Shown here piece after piece: positions 20,312 to 30,826 of a DNA stretch of 64,000 bases (position 1 is its first letter; each line of letters opens with the position of its first letter). The translations under genes and the position numbers were made by a program. Source of the stretch: an uncultured delta proteobacterium (lineage in GTDB: Bacteria; Myxococcota; Kuafuiibacteriia; Kuafuiibacteriales; Kuafuiibacteriaceae); NCBI GenBank assembly GCA_963803435.1, contig CAWDML010000003.1, positions 288,001 to 352,000 on the forward strand, in the 5' to 3' direction. A model generated the notes under the pieces. The model had not been told where the DNA came from, ran no database searches, and was given only the letters and a program-made list of their open reading frames with translations.

Positions 20312-22372
20312 ATGATGCTCCTCGCGGTGCTCCTGGTCTCGTCCACTCCCGAGCAGGCGCTGCTCGGCGACGGCGGGGAGAACTATCACGAGACGGTCCG
20401 ATACGACCTGGAGGCGCGCCTCGACCCGAGCGCGAAGACGGTCGCGGGGAAGGGGATCGTGGCCTGGACCAACGAGGGATCGGTGCCGGTGCGCGAGCTG
20501 TGGTGGCACCTCTACCTCAACGCGTTCCGGAACGATCGGTCGACCTTCATGATCGAGTCGAAGGGCAAGCTGCGGGGCGACGCCTTCGAGCGGGGTCACT
20601 GGGGCGCGGTGGAGGTGACCCGCCTTGCGGCCCGCGGCGTGGATCTGCTGCCGCGGCGGACCTTCGAGCATCCGGACGACGACAACGTGGAGGACCGGAC
20701 GGTGATGCGCACGCCGCTGCCGTTTGCGGTCGAGCCAGGAAAAACGGTGGAGCTCGCGATCGAGTTCACCTCGACGCTGCCGAAGGTCTTCGCGCGGAGC
20801 GGCTGGGGCGGGACGTTCTTCATGGTCGGCCAGTGGTTCCCGAAGCTCGGCGTCCTCCAGGAGACCGCGACCAGTACGCCGGCCTGGAACTGCCATCAGT
20901 ACCACGCCACCAGCGAGTTCTTCGCGGACTACGGGCGCTTTCGCGTCGCGATCACGGTGCCGAGCGATCACGTGGTGGGGGCCACCGGAGTCCGGATCAG
21001 CGAGACCAAGAACGCGGACGGCACCACCACCTACGTGCACGAGCAGGATCGCGTGCACGACTTCTCCTTCACCGCCGATCCGCGCTTCATCGAGGAGAAA
21101 CGGACGTTCGATCCCGCGGTGGAGGTGAAGCCTGAGGAGCGGGCCGAGGTGGCGGCGCTCCTCGACCTTCCCGAGGACGCGCTCCAGCTGACGCCGGTCG
21201 AGGTCAAGCTCCTCGTCCAGCCGGAGCACGCGATGTACGCCGATCGCTACTTCCGGGCCGCCTTTCGCGCGCTCGAGTGGTTCGGGCTCTGGTACGGGGC
21301 CTATCCGTACTCGGTGCTCACGATCGTCGACGGGCCCCGCACCGCCCACGGGGCGATGGGGATGGAGTATCCGACGCTGATCACCGGCGGCTCGAGCTGG
21401 CCCTCGCCCGACAGCTCGTCCTCGCCGGAGGCCGTGACGGTGCACGAGTTCGGGCACCAGTACTGGTATGGGCTGGTGGGCTCGAACGAGTTCGAGGAGA
21501 GCTGGCTCGACGAAGGCTTCAACAGCTACTCCACCGGCAAGGTCCTCGATCGGGCGTACGGGCCTTTCACCTTCGCGCCGAAGGTGCTCGGCCTGCCGCT
21601 CCAGCCGTGGTTCTCGAACATGCTGATCGATCAGCTGACCTCGCACCGGGTGGGGACGCTGCTCGATCCCACCGACGATGCGATCGCGCGGCGCGCCTGG
21701 GAATACCGCAGCATCTTGAGCTATGGGATCAACTCGTATCCTCGGCCGGCGCTGGTGCTGCGGCAGCTCGAGAACGAGATCGGGCCCGGGGCCTTCGCCC
21801 GCGCGCTCCGGGCGTATCACCTGCGATGGAGGTACCGGCACCCGACCACCTCGGACTTCATCCGGGAGGTGGAGCGCTCCGCGGGCCGCTCGCTCGACGC
21901 CTTCTTCGAGCCGGCGTTCTACAGCTCGGAGATGTGCGACTACGCTGTCACCGAGCTCACGAGCACCCGCAGGAAGCCGCTCGCCGGGATCGACGACAGC
22001 GGCGGCGAGGTCACCGCGGAGGAGGCCGAGGAGGACGACGAGGACGTCGAGGAGGTCCTCTATGACACCGTCGTCTACGTGGAGCGGAAGGGCGGCGTTG
22101 TCCATCCGGTGACGCTCGAGGTGGCGTTCGACGACGGCAGCACGGCGCGCGCCGAGTGGGACGGCGGGTATCGCTGGCAGCGCTTTCGCTTCACCCGCCC
22201 GTCGCGGGCCGTGTCGGCGCGGCTCCATCCGGACGGAGGGCTCGTCACCGACCTCGACCGCACCGACGACTCCCGGACAGTGGCGGCGAACGCGCTCCCG
22301 GCGGCGTCGTGGGGGGCGCACGTGCTCTATCTGGCCCAGACGATCTGGCAGCTCCTCGGAGGGCTGCTATGA
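20312..22372 (+). CDS. M1 family zinc aminopeptidase
   Basis: GMEYP exopeptidase motif; HEFGHQYW...ESWLDEG (HEXXH-X18-E); signal-like N-terminus. Confidence 0.9.
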   Translation: MMLLAVLLVSSTPEQALLGDGGENYHETVRYDLEARLDPSAKTVAGKGIVAWTNEGSVPVRELWWHLYLNAFRNDRSTFMIESKGKLRGDAFERGHWGAVEVTRLAARGVDLLPRRTFEHPDDDNVEDRTVMRTPLPFAVEPGKTVELAIEFTSTLPKVFARSGWGGTFFMVGQWFPKLGVLQETATSTPAWNCHQYHATSEFFADYGRFRVAITVPSDHVVGATGVRISETKNADGTTTYVHEQDRVHDFSFTADPRFIEEKRTFDPAVEVKPEERAEVAALLDLPEDALQLTPVEVKLLVQPEHAMYADRYFRAAFRALEWFGLWYGAYPYSVLTIVDGPRTAHGAMGMEYPTLITGGSSWPSPDSSSSPEAVTVHEFGHQYWYGLVGSNEFEESWLDEGFNSYSTGKVLDRAYGPFTFAPKVLGLPLQPWFSNMLIDQLTSHRVGTLLDPTDDAIARRAWEYRSILSYGINSYPRPALVLRQLENEIGPGAFARALRAYHLRWRYRHPTTSDFIREVERSAGRSLDAFFEPAFYSSEMCDYAVTELTSTRRKPLAGIDDSGGEVTAEEAEEDDEDVEEVLYDTVVYVERKGGVVHPVTLEVAFDDGSTARAEWDGGYRWQRFRFTRPSRAVSARLHPDGGLVTDLDRTDDSRTVAANALPAASWGAHVLYLAQTIWQLLGGLL

Positions 22373-23229
22373 GCGCCGCCTGGATCACGAAGGGTGTCCG
22401 TGCCGCGCGCGCGAACCTCGGTCCGGTGACCTGGACGTATCTCGCGTCGCTCCTGTCCGCGCTCCCGCTGGCCCTCGGTGCGGGCGCGATCGTGTTCTCG
22501 AGCTACGGCCACAGCCTGGAGGCGGGGGCGTTCGCTGCTCGGCTGGAGCCGATGCTGATGGCCGAGTTCCTCCGCGCGCGCGGCGAAGCACTGATGGTGT
22601 ACCTGCCGCTGATCGCCGGCGCGATGATCTTCTGGGGCGCGCTCTCCGCGTTTCTGGCCGGAGCGGTGATCATGGCCGTCAGCAGCGAGGAGCCGCCCCG
22701 GACCGGCGAGTTCTTCTCGGGGGGCGGGCGCGTGTTCGGCCGGCTCCTCCGCCTGGTGCTGTTCGGGTTGCCGTTCACCATCGTCGCCGTGGGTGCGGTG
22801 GGTGCCGGCAGCTCGGCGCTCGGCGAGTGGGTGGTCGAGGACTGGGCCTCGGAGAAGGGCGTGCTGGTGGTACGCCTGTTCTACGTGGTGGTGACGATGC
22901 TGGTGCTCGCGTGGGTCAACGGCGCCTACGATCTGATGCGGGTCGAGGCGGTCGCGAAGGGCGAGCACCGTGCACGCTGGGCCTTCTGGCGTGGGCTCAA
23001 GCGCGCCTCGAAGCAGCCGCTGGGGCTGCTCGGTGTCTATCTGCCGTTCACCGGCGCAGCGTTCGCGCTGACGATCTTCGCCTCACTGGTCGACGTACGG
23101 ATCACTCGGACCGGTTGGCTGTGGGTGATCGTCGGGCTGCTGCTACAGCAGGTGATCGCCTTCGCACGCGCATGGATGCGCGTGGCGCTGGCCGCGGCCG
23201 AGGTCGCCTACGTCCGCACCGGACGTTGA
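22369..23229 (+). CDS. Hypothetical integral membrane protein
   Basis: ATGA overlap with the peptidase; about 6 hydrophobic helices. Confidence 0.75.
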   Translation: MSAAWITKGVRAARANLGPVTWTYLASLLSALPLALGAGAIVFSSYGHSLEAGAFAARLEPMLMAEFLRARGEALMVYLPLIAGAMIFWGALSAFLAGAVIMAVSSEEPPRTGEFFSGGGRVFGRLLRLVLFGLPFTIVAVGAVGAGSSALGEWVVEDWASEKGVLVVRLFYVVVTMLVLAWVNGAYDLMRVEAVAKGEHRARWAFWRGLKRASKQPLGLLGVYLPFTGAAFALTIFASLVDVRITRTGWLWVIVGLLLQQVIAFARAWMRVALAAAEVAYVRTGR

Positions 23230-23269
23230 CCTTGCCAGGGCGGACCCGGATGCGCTTGATTCGCGGAGG

Positions 23270-24334
23270 ATGCACGAGCTCCTCGGACATACCGCCGCCG
23301 ATCTCGCCGAGTTGGCCCGCGGCACGCTGTCCTCAGGCGCCGGGATGGCGCTGAAGATCTGGGAGCGCGCGATCCGCGAGGGTCGCTTCGAGCCGGAGGC
23401 CCTCGGACTCTCCGGTCGATCGGTGGAGGCCTGGCGGTCGTCCTTCTCGCTGGCGTTGCCCCGCGTGGCCCGCCGGGTGGAGGAGCCCTCGGGGTTCGGA
23501 GCGCCGACGATCAAGGTGGCGCTCGCGTTCGCCGACGGGCTCGAGGTCGAGTGCGTGCGCGTCCCCATGGCCAACGATCGCTTCACGCTCTGCGTGTCGA
23601 GCCAGGTCGGGTGCAAGCTGGCGTGCGGTTTCTGCGAGACCGCCAAGATGGGGCTGCTCCGCAACCTGACCGCGGCCGAGATCGTCTCGCAGCTGGTGGT
23701 GGCGCGCGCGGTCCTCGGGTGGGACGTGCGGAACGTCGTGTTCATGGGGATGGGAGAGCCGCTCGACAACGTCGACAACCTCGTCCGGGCCCTCGAGGTG
23801 CTCAACGATCGGCGCGGCCTGGCCTTCGGTCAGCAGCGCCTGACGGTGTGCACCGCGGGGCATGTCGACGGGATCCGCAGGCTCGCCCGGATGGGGTGGA
23901 AGCGGCTCGGGCTCTCGGTGAGCTTGAATGCGGCCCTCGACGAGAAGCGTGATCGCTTGATGCCGGTGAACCGCCGCTGGCCCCTGGCCGAGCTCCAGGC
24001 GGCTCTCGTCGATTACCGACCGCGGCCCTCGTTCCCCTTCCGGATCAGCTACTGTCTGATGCCCGGGCTCAACGACACGCCCGCGGACGCGGCGGCGGTG
24101 ATCGCGTTCGTGGCTCCGCTGCTGCCCTCGATCGTGAACGTGATCCCGTACAACCCGGGGACGCGCCCGCTGGCCCGCGCGCCCGAGCCGGAGGAGGTCG
24201 ACCGCTTCGTGGGATGGATCGAGGCCGGCGGTGTTCCGGTGAAGCGTCGTATCACCAAGGGTCGATCGATGATGGCGGCCTGCGGGCAGCTCGGGAATCT
24301 GACCCTCAGGAAGCACCGCCTGCGGGTGACCTGA
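23270..24334 (+). CDS. rlmN: RlmN/Cfr-family radical SAM RNA methyltransferase
   Basis: CVSSQVGCKLACGFC, VVFMGMGEP and C-terminal AACGQL; GGAGG RBS. It may be a paralog rather than the main copy. Confidence 0.8.
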   Translation: MHELLGHTAADLAELARGTLSSGAGMALKIWERAIREGRFEPEALGLSGRSVEAWRSSFSLALPRVARRVEEPSGFGAPTIKVALAFADGLEVECVRVPMANDRFTLCVSSQVGCKLACGFCETAKMGLLRNLTAAEIVSQLVVARAVLGWDVRNVVFMGMGEPLDNVDNLVRALEVLNDRRGLAFGQQRLTVCTAGHVDGIRRLARMGWKRLGLSVSLNAALDEKRDRLMPVNRRWPLAELQAALVDYRPRPSFPFRISYCLMPGLNDTPADAAAVIAFVAPLLPSIVNVIPYNPGTRPLARAPEPEEVDRFVGWIEAGGVPVKRRITKGRSMMAACGQLGNLTLRKHRLRVT

Positions 24335-26159
24335 TGACGAGCCTCGCACGCGCCAGCCTGGTCGTCGCTGTGCTGGTCAGCCTGGTCGCATGCTCTACGC
24401 CGCGAAGCCGCGAGCGCCGCGTGGCAGAGACGTACCTGCCGGCGGTGATCGGCCCGCGGGCGAAGGCCGATGGAAAGGCGCGAAAGCTCCAGGTTCGCGT
24501 GTGGGCCGAGGAGGACTTCCAGAGGCTCACGCTCGACTGGCAGGTCCGCTTCTATCACCAGGTCGAGCGCGTCAACGAGGTGCTGCGGGCCGTGCTCGGC
24601 GTCGAGCTCGAGCTGGTGCAGGTGAAGACGTGGCCGAAGCAGGGACGCCTCGACAACCTCGATGCGGCGCTGTTCGATCTCGACGCGCCTCGATCCGGGA
24701 GACGGCGTCGATCTGGTGATCGGGCTGATCACACCGCTGCCGGTGGCCACCGCCGCGCTCCACGAGCTCGGTCGCGCCCAGCTGCTCGGCAAGCACCTGG
24801 TGCTCCGCGGGACCGACGACGCGGAGGAGGCCACCGCGTTCGCGCGGGCGTTCGGGCGGCTCCCGGAGGCGGAGCGCGATCATCTCTACGCAGCGCGACA
24901 GCGCCACAAGGAGGAGGCCCTCCTCCTGCACGAGCTCGCGCATCTCTGGGGCGCGCTCCACGAGGCGATTCCCACCGCGCTGATGCAGCCGGTGTACGAC
25001 TCCCGCGCGTCGGGCTTCTCGCCGGTCGACATCGAGATGATGAAGATCGGCCTCAGGGAGCGGGACTCGCTCGAGAAGCCGGAGATGATCGCGTACCTCG
25101 AGAAGTCGACGTTCGACCGCTGGATCGGCGGCGAGAAGGTCCGCATGCTCGCCCTGCTCACCGGCGATCGAAGGCAGCTCGCGAGGGCGACCGACGCCGA
25201 CGTCGCGGAGTCGAGCACGGACGGCGAGCCTGCCGTGGAGGCGGGGAACGACCCGGTCCGGGACGCGCGCGCGCTGGCGCAACGCGGGGATGACACCGCG
25301 GCGTGGCGCCTGCTCGAGCCGCTCCTCGCGGAACGGCCGGACGACCCCGAGGTCGTCAACCTGGCTTGCGGAAGCACGGCACGCATCGGTACCGCGACCG
25401 CAGCCGAGCCGCTCTGCCGGCGCGCGCTCGAGCTGACCACGGAAGATCCAGGCCCGGCGATCCACCTGGCGATGGTCCTGGTGGAGACGCACCGCGATCC
25501 CGCCGCGGCGTTCGCCGAGTCGGAGCGACGGCTGGCGGCGCTCGGCGACCGCGCGACGCCGGAGGCATGGAGCTTCCTGGCGCAGGTCTATCAGCGTGCG
25601 ATTCTGGGTGAGCGCCGCCGAGCGGGCCGCCGCCAAGGCGGAGGGGACCGAAGCCGCGCTCGAGATCGCGAAGTGGGCCCGACAGATCCGCGGCGACTTC
25701 GGTCTCACCCCGGGGGCGCTCGAGGCGGGCCGGGAGAGCGAGTACGTGAAGAGACGCTCCGCCCTGGGGGAGCTCCTCAAGAAGCATCGGGCGGCGGAGG
25801 CGAAGCAGGCGGCGGCGGAGCTGGCGGCCGACTTCCCCAACATGCCCGGGACCGACGCGGTGGTGTGCTGGCTCGACGTGTCGGGGCACGACCACGCGCG
25901 CGCCGTCGAGGACTGCCGCCGGGCCGTCGAGATCGAGCCCCGCTCGGTCAAGCTCCGGGTGCTGATGGCGTACGCCGCCTTCGGCGCCAAGAAGCCGGCG
26001 CTGGCGATCCCGCACCTCGAGGAGGCGCTCGCGCTGGATCCGCGGCAGAAGGACGTGTGGTCGCTGCTCGAGGCGGCCTACCGGTCGAGCGGTGAGGAAG
26101 AGCGCCTCATCGAGCTCAGAGGACGGTATTTGAAACGCTTCGGGGAGCGGCTGCGCTAG
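24334..26159 (+). CDS. Lipoprotein with metzincin-type zinc-protease motif and TPR repeats (two +1 frameshifts near 24686 and 25600)
   Basis: LVAC lipobox; LLHELAHLWGALH...LMQP (HEXXHXXGXXH plus Met-turn); C-terminal TPR-like helices across ORFs 24214, 24662 and 25596. Confidence 0.78.
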
Positions 26160-26169
26160 GATTCGCGCC

Positions 26170-27267
26170 GTGGTCCGGGGGACGTTTCCTTCACAGTTGA
26201 TCCAGGAGCTGATCCGCGCCGGCGCGATCGACAGCGGCGTTCCAATCCGGAGCGAGCAGGTGCAGCCGTCGTCCCTCGACCTGACGCTCTCGGACGAGGG
26301 CTACTCGGTCCCGGGCAGCATGCTCCCGCTCGAGGGCGAGCGCGTGCGGGAGCTGGCCGAGCGCTTCCGGCGGCGCCGCCTGGATCTCGCGGGCAAGGAG
26401 ACGCTCGTCCGCGGCGAGGTGTACCTGGTGCGCCTCCGCGAGCGGACCTCGCTCCCGCCGCGCGTGGCCGGCTACGCGAACAACAAGAGCAGCACCGGAC
26501 GCATCGACCTCCAGACCCGTCTCTTGTCCGACTCCAACCCCCGCTACGACAAGGTGCCGCGCGGATACTCGGGAGAGCTCTGGCTCGAGATCATCCCCAA
26601 GAGCTTCGACGTGGTGGTGCGCGAGGGTGACAGCCTCGATCAGATCATCCTGTACGAGGACCGGGAGCTCCTCACGGCCGCTGAGCTCGAGCGCCTGCAG
26701 GAGCGAACGCCGCTCCTCTATACGCCCTCCGACGAGCCGATCCAGAGCAGCGACTCGGGCGCGCTGCTCATGACGCTGGATCTGGATCAGGAGGTCATCG
26801 GCTACCGGGCCAAGAAGAGCTACCGCCCGATCGATCTGGCGGGGGTGGGCCAGCACGATCCGGCCGAGTTCTTCGAGCCGCTCGGCCGACCCAAGGGCGG
26901 AGCGCTGTTCCTCTCCCGCGAGGCGTTCTACATCTTCAGCACCTACGAGCGCGTGCGCGTGCCGCCCGAGCTGGCTGTGGAGATGCTGCCCTACGACACC
27001 AGCGCCGGGGAGTTCAGGGCCCACTACGCCGGCTTCTTCGATCCGGGCTTCGGCTTCGGCGCCGACGGGGAGGTGCTCGGCACGCCCGCGGTGCTGGAGG
27101 TTCGGCCGTACGAGGACGATCCGATCGTCCGGCACCGCCAGCCCGTCTGCAAGATGGCCTACGAGCGCCTGGTCGAGCGGCCCGACAAGCTCTACGGCGT
27201 CGGCGTGCGCAGCCACTACGCCGAGCAGCGCGGTCCGCGGCTGTCCAAGTTCTTCACAGCCGGCTGA
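26170..27267 (+). CDS. dcd: dCTP deaminase, long two-domain type
   Basis: QVQPSSLDL, NNKSSTGRIDL and EFRAHYAGFFDPGFG...AVLEVR motifs. Confidence 0.85.
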   Translation: MVRGTFPSQLIQELIRAGAIDSGVPIRSEQVQPSSLDLTLSDEGYSVPGSMLPLEGERVRELAERFRRRRLDLAGKETLVRGEVYLVRLRERTSLPPRVAGYANNKSSTGRIDLQTRLLSDSNPRYDKVPRGYSGELWLEIIPKSFDVVVREGDSLDQIILYEDRELLTAAELERLQERTPLLYTPSDEPIQSSDSGALLMTLDLDQEVIGYRAKKSYRPIDLAGVGQHDPAEFFEPLGRPKGGALFLSREAFYIFSTYERVRVPPELAVEMLPYDTSAGEFRAHYAGFFDPGFGFGADGEVLGTPAVLEVRPYEDDPIVRHRQPVCKMAYERLVERPDKLYGVGVRSHYAEQRGPRLSKFFTAG

Positions 27268-27269
27268 GC

Positions 27270-29219
27270 TCAGCCCATCGCGTCGAGCTGGGCGCTGAGG
27301 TCCGTCCAGCGATCGAGCGCCTCTCCGAGCTCGGCCTGCACCTCCTGGTAGCGCTGGGACAACCGCTTCGAGCGATCCAGATCCGCGTGGGTCTCGGGGT
27401 CGGCGAGCGTTGCCTCGAGCTCTGCCTGCTCGGTCTCGAGGGCGGCGACGGCGGCCTCGGCGGCCTCGACCTTCCGGGCCAGGGCGCGGACCGTACGCTG
27501 CTGCTCAGCCTGCTTCTCCCGCGCCTCGATCCGCGCGGCCTTGTCGCCGCTGACGGTGGTCGATTGCTTGGCGCCGGGGTCGGCCTCCCGCTCGGCCTGC
27601 TCGCGCGTGAGGCGATCGAGGTAGTCCGCGAGCGATCCCGGGAGGACGTCGACCTGGCCGTCGTGGACGTTCCACACCACGGTAGAGAGGCGCCGCGCGA
27701 AGTCGAGGTTGTGGGAGACGAAGATCAGCGTGCCGTCGTAGGTGGCGAGCGAGTCGGTGAGCTTCTCGGCCGACTCGGTGTCGAGGTGGTTCGTCGGCTC
27801 GTCGAGGAGGAGCACGTTGCCGGGGCGCGCCAGGATGCGGGCCAGCGCCACCCGGGTCTTCTCGCCGCCGGAGAGGACGCCGATCGGCTTGTCGACCTCG
27901 TCGCCCGAGAAGAGGAAGGCGCCGCAGAGATCGCGGGCGCGCGTCTCGGGGAGGTCCGGCGCCATCTCCCAGACCTGCTCCAGGACCGACTTCGAGACGT
28001 CGAGGGCCTCCGCGTGGTGCTGCGCGAAGTAGCTGAGCTCTACGTTCTGCCCCAGCTCGATCGCGCCGCCCTGCGGGCTCAGCTCCGACGCTACCAGCTT
28101 CAGCAGCGTGGTCTTGCCGGCGCCGTTTCTCCCGACGATCGAGATCCGATCCTGGCGGCGCACCGCCAGCTCGAGGCCGGTGAAGAGGGGCCGTTCGGGC
28201 TGGAAGCCGAAGTCGAGCTCCCGCGTCCGGATCACCCACTCGCCGGCGCGTTTGACCGGCTCGAAGCGGATCGAGATCGAGCGCCGCACCTTCGGGATCT
28301 CGACCTGCTGCTCCTCGAGCTTCTCGATCATGCGGACCCGGCTCTGGGCCTGGCGGGCCTTGGTGGCCTTGGCGCGGAAGCGCTCGACGAACGATTCGAG
28401 CTCCTTCTTCCGCTGCTCGCTCTTCGCCAGGCGGTGCTCCAGGTGCTCGAGATCGAGCTTGCGCTGCTCGAGGTAGGCGTCGTAGTTGCCGCGGAAGACG
28501 CGGATGCCCTCGACCTCGAGGCTGGCGACCCGCTGGATGTGTCGGTTCAGGAACTCCTTGTCGTGGCACGTCAGCACCACGGCGTGCTTGAAGCCGACGA
28601 TGAAGCTCGAGAGCCAGTTCACGCTGGGCATGTCGAGGTGGTTGGTCGGCTCGTCGAGGAGCAGGACGTCGGGACGCTGGTAGAGGAGCGACGCCAGGTG
28701 GGCGCGCATGCGCCAGCCGCCGGAGAGCGCGCGAACCGGTCGATCGAAGTCCTCCTGGGCGAAGCCGAGGCCCACCAGGATCCGCTTGGCCTGGTGCGGA
28801 CCGAACGCTTGCTCGAGGTCGGTCAGCTCGGCGTGGAGCTCGGCGAGCTCCTCCGAGAGTCGCATCTGCTCTTCGGTGTCTTCGGAGGACTCGAGCGCGG
28901 ACTGGACCGACGCGAGCCTGGACTCGATCTCCTCGCGGCCCGGCGCCGTCTCCAGGATGCAATCGAGCAGCGTGCCGGGGAACGGTTCGCCGCCGATCTC
29001 CTGGGCGAGGTACCCGATGCGGCAACCCTTGGCCCGCACCACGCGGCCGGCGTCGGGCGCCATCTCGTCGGCGAGGATCCGCAGGAGGGTGCTCTTCCCC
29101 GTTCCGTTGGGTCCCACGATGCCGAGCCGATCGCCGCGCTCGATCGACAGGCTGTCGCCGTCGAAGATCGTGCGCTGGCCGAAGGCGAGCTGGAGCTCGT
29201 CGATGGAGAGGACCGGCAT
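27270..29219 (-). CDS. ABC-F family ATPase
   Basis: Two ABC domains (GPNGTGKS, LSGGW, LLLDEPTNHLD; GRNGAGKT, LSGGE), ERFRAKATKARQAQSR linker, C-terminal coiled coil, no TM segments. Confidence 0.93.
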   Translation of the reverse strand: MPVLSIDELQLAFGQRTIFDGDSLSIERGDRLGIVGPNGTGKSTLLRILADEMAPDAGRVVRAKGCRIGYLAQEIGGEPFPGTLLDCILETAPGREEIESRLASVQSALESSEDTEEQMRLSEELAELHAELTDLEQAFGPHQAKRILVGLGFAQEDFDRPVRALSGGWRMRAHLASLLYQRPDVLLLDEPTNHLDMPSVNWLSSFIVGFKHAVVLTCHDKEFLNRHIQRVASLEVEGIRVFRGNYDAYLEQRKLDLEHLEHRLAKSEQRKKELESFVERFRAKATKARQAQSRVRMIEKLEEQQVEIPKVRRSISIRFEPVKRAGEWVIRTRELDFGFQPERPLFTGLELAVRRQDRISIVGRNGAGKTTLLKLVASELSPQGGAIELGQNVELSYFAQHHAEALDVSKSVLEQVWEMAPDLPETRARDLCGAFLFSGDEVDKPIGVLSGGEKTRVALARILARPGNVLLLDEPTNHLDTESAEKLTDSLATYDGTLIFVSHNLDFARRLSTVVWNVHDGQVDVLPGSLADYLDRLTREQAEREADPGAKQSTTVSGDKAARIEAREKQAEQQRTVRALARKVEAAEAAVAALETEQAELEATLADPETHADLDRSKRLSQRYQEVQAELGEALDRWTDLSAQLDAMG

Positions 29220-29223
29220 GGGA

Positions 29224-30060
29224 TCAGAAGCAGAAGCGGACGCGCTCGTCCGTGAGCTCCGACTTCGCCTCGATGAGCGGCGCGATCACCCTGCGCACGT
29301 CGGACAGGTCACCGACGTGCGGCGCCAGGTTCTCCTCCAGCTCAGCGAGGGTCTCCATGCGCTGCGTGGAGTCGGGGTGGGTGGCCCCGTCGACGACCGG
29401 CGCGAGCGGCGCCGGCAGGAGGATCAACGATGACATCGGGGTCGTTCGATCGAAGGCTTCCATGACGGTGGTGCGCGCGCTGCCCTTCTTGAGCGGGCGT
29501 CGCCCCGTGATCAGATACGTCAAGAGCACGCCGAGCGCATACACCATCATGCCCTCGGTGCGGTCATCGGTCTTGAACAGCTCGGGAGCAAGCATGTCGT
29601 GCCAGTCGGTGGCGGGGCGATTGCGATCGATGAGCGAATCGCAAGATCCGCGGGTATAGGCCTCGAAGAAGGCCACCCGCAGATCGCCGGTCTCGGCCAC
29701 CAGCACGTGCTCCGGGCGGGTGATATGGCTCCAGTCGTGGCCGACGTCCTGGAGGAAGCGCGCCAGGTGAAAGACCACGTAGGCCGAGACCACCGACTCC
29801 AGGCGGTCGGTCGAGAGCCTGCGCAGGTCGGGAAGATCGATCCCCCGGACGGCCTCGAACGTGGTGTACCAGCGACAATCCGAGTGTCCGACATCGAAGA
29901 TGGCGAGCGAGGCGCGGGCCTTCTTGAGGCGGAGACCCCCGAGCAGGTCGAGCGCGAGACGCTCGTCCGCGTCGTCGTGCCAGGGACCGGTGGCGATGCC
30001 GACCATTCCCTGCCGGCCGTCGACGAACTCGACGACCAGGCTCTCTGCATCCATGGTCAT
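29224..30060 (-). CDS. Protein kinase-like domain lacking catalytic residues (pseudokinase)
   Basis: Keeps IFDVG..YTTFEAVRG, LAPE, VYALGVLL..LITGRRP and HPDSTQR. HRDxKPxN reads HITRPEH, DFG reads FFE, and there is no Gly loop. Confidence 0.68.
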   Translation of the reverse strand: MTMDAESLVVEFVDGRQGMVGIATGPWHDDADERLALDLLGGLRLKKARASLAIFDVGHSDCRWYTTFEAVRGIDLPDLRRLSTDRLESVVSAYVVFHLARFLQDVGHDWSHITRPEHVLVAETGDLRVAFFEAYTRGSCDSLIDRNRPATDWHDMLAPELFKTDDRTEGMMVYALGVLLTYLITGRRPLKKGSARTTVMEAFDRTTPMSSLILLPAPLAPVVDGATHPDSTQRMETLAELEENLAPHVGDLSDVRRVIAPLIEAKSELTDERVRFCF

Positions 30061-30115
30061 CCGAGCGGCGCCTCCAGTGTATCCACGATGCCCGGGATCG
30101 AGGTAGCCTCGCGCC

Positions 30116-30823
30116 ATGCTCGCGGTGAGCCTCGGGCTTCTCCTGGTGAGTTCCGGCGTCAGCGTCCACCTCGACGAGCTCGGTGAGATGCCGCTCCAGG
30201 AAGCCTCGACGTTCGGCGGCCGTCTCGCAGAGGCGATCGAATCGCGCACCGCCCGGCGTGCGGTCCTGGACGATCCCCTATGGCCGGAGTGCCATGAAGC
30301 CGATCGATGCGTCGAGGCAATCCGGGCCCGCACCAAGACCGAGGACGTGGTGCTGCTGCGCCTGTACTCGGGCCCCACGAAGATCCGTTTGATCGCCGAA
30401 CGTCTGTCGCTGGACGGGCTCCGCGACGCGCACCTCGAGGAGAACGTTCCGCGCGACGCCGACCAGTGGGCGACGACGATCTCGGCCATCGCCTCCCATC
30501 TGTTCCCCGAGCCACCCCAACCGGAGGAGGATGCCACGATCGCCGCGGTGGCGCCCTCGGTGACGCGTTCTTCGGTGGGCTTCCTCGACGTGGCGCCGTG
30601 GGTGGTGCTCGGGACCGGCGTGGCGGCGCTGGCGGTGGGCGCGGGCTTCGGCTTCTCGAGTCGGGCTGCGCGTCGCGACCTCTTGAAGAATCAGTCCGGC
30701 GACGAGACGTTCGACGACACGTTTCATCGGATGCAGACACACGGGCGGATCGCAAACGGGATGTTCATCGGCGGTGCGGTCGCCATCGCCACCGGCGGGG
30801 TGCTGTTGATGTTCGCCGATTGA
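30116..30823 (+). CDS. Hypothetical exported/membrane protein
   Basis: Signal peptide; CxxxxxC periplasmic domain; two C-terminal TM helices. Confidence 0.7.
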   Translation: MLAVSLGLLLVSSGVSVHLDELGEMPLQEASTFGGRLAEAIESRTARRAVLDDPLWPECHEADRCVEAIRARTKTEDVVLLRLYSGPTKIRLIAERLSLDGLRDAHLEENVPRDADQWATTISAIASHLFPEPPQPEEDATIAAVAPSVTRSSVGFLDVAPWVVLGTGVAALAVGAGFGFSSRAARRDLLKNQSGDETFDDTFHRMQTHGRIANGMFIGGAVAIATGGVLLMFAD

Positions 30824-30826
30824 GCG

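Noticed and set aside
23270-24334. Cfr resistance methyltransferase call
   Set aside because: The motifs are shared across RlmN and Cfr, and I could not identify Cfr-specific features by eye. There is no mobile context.
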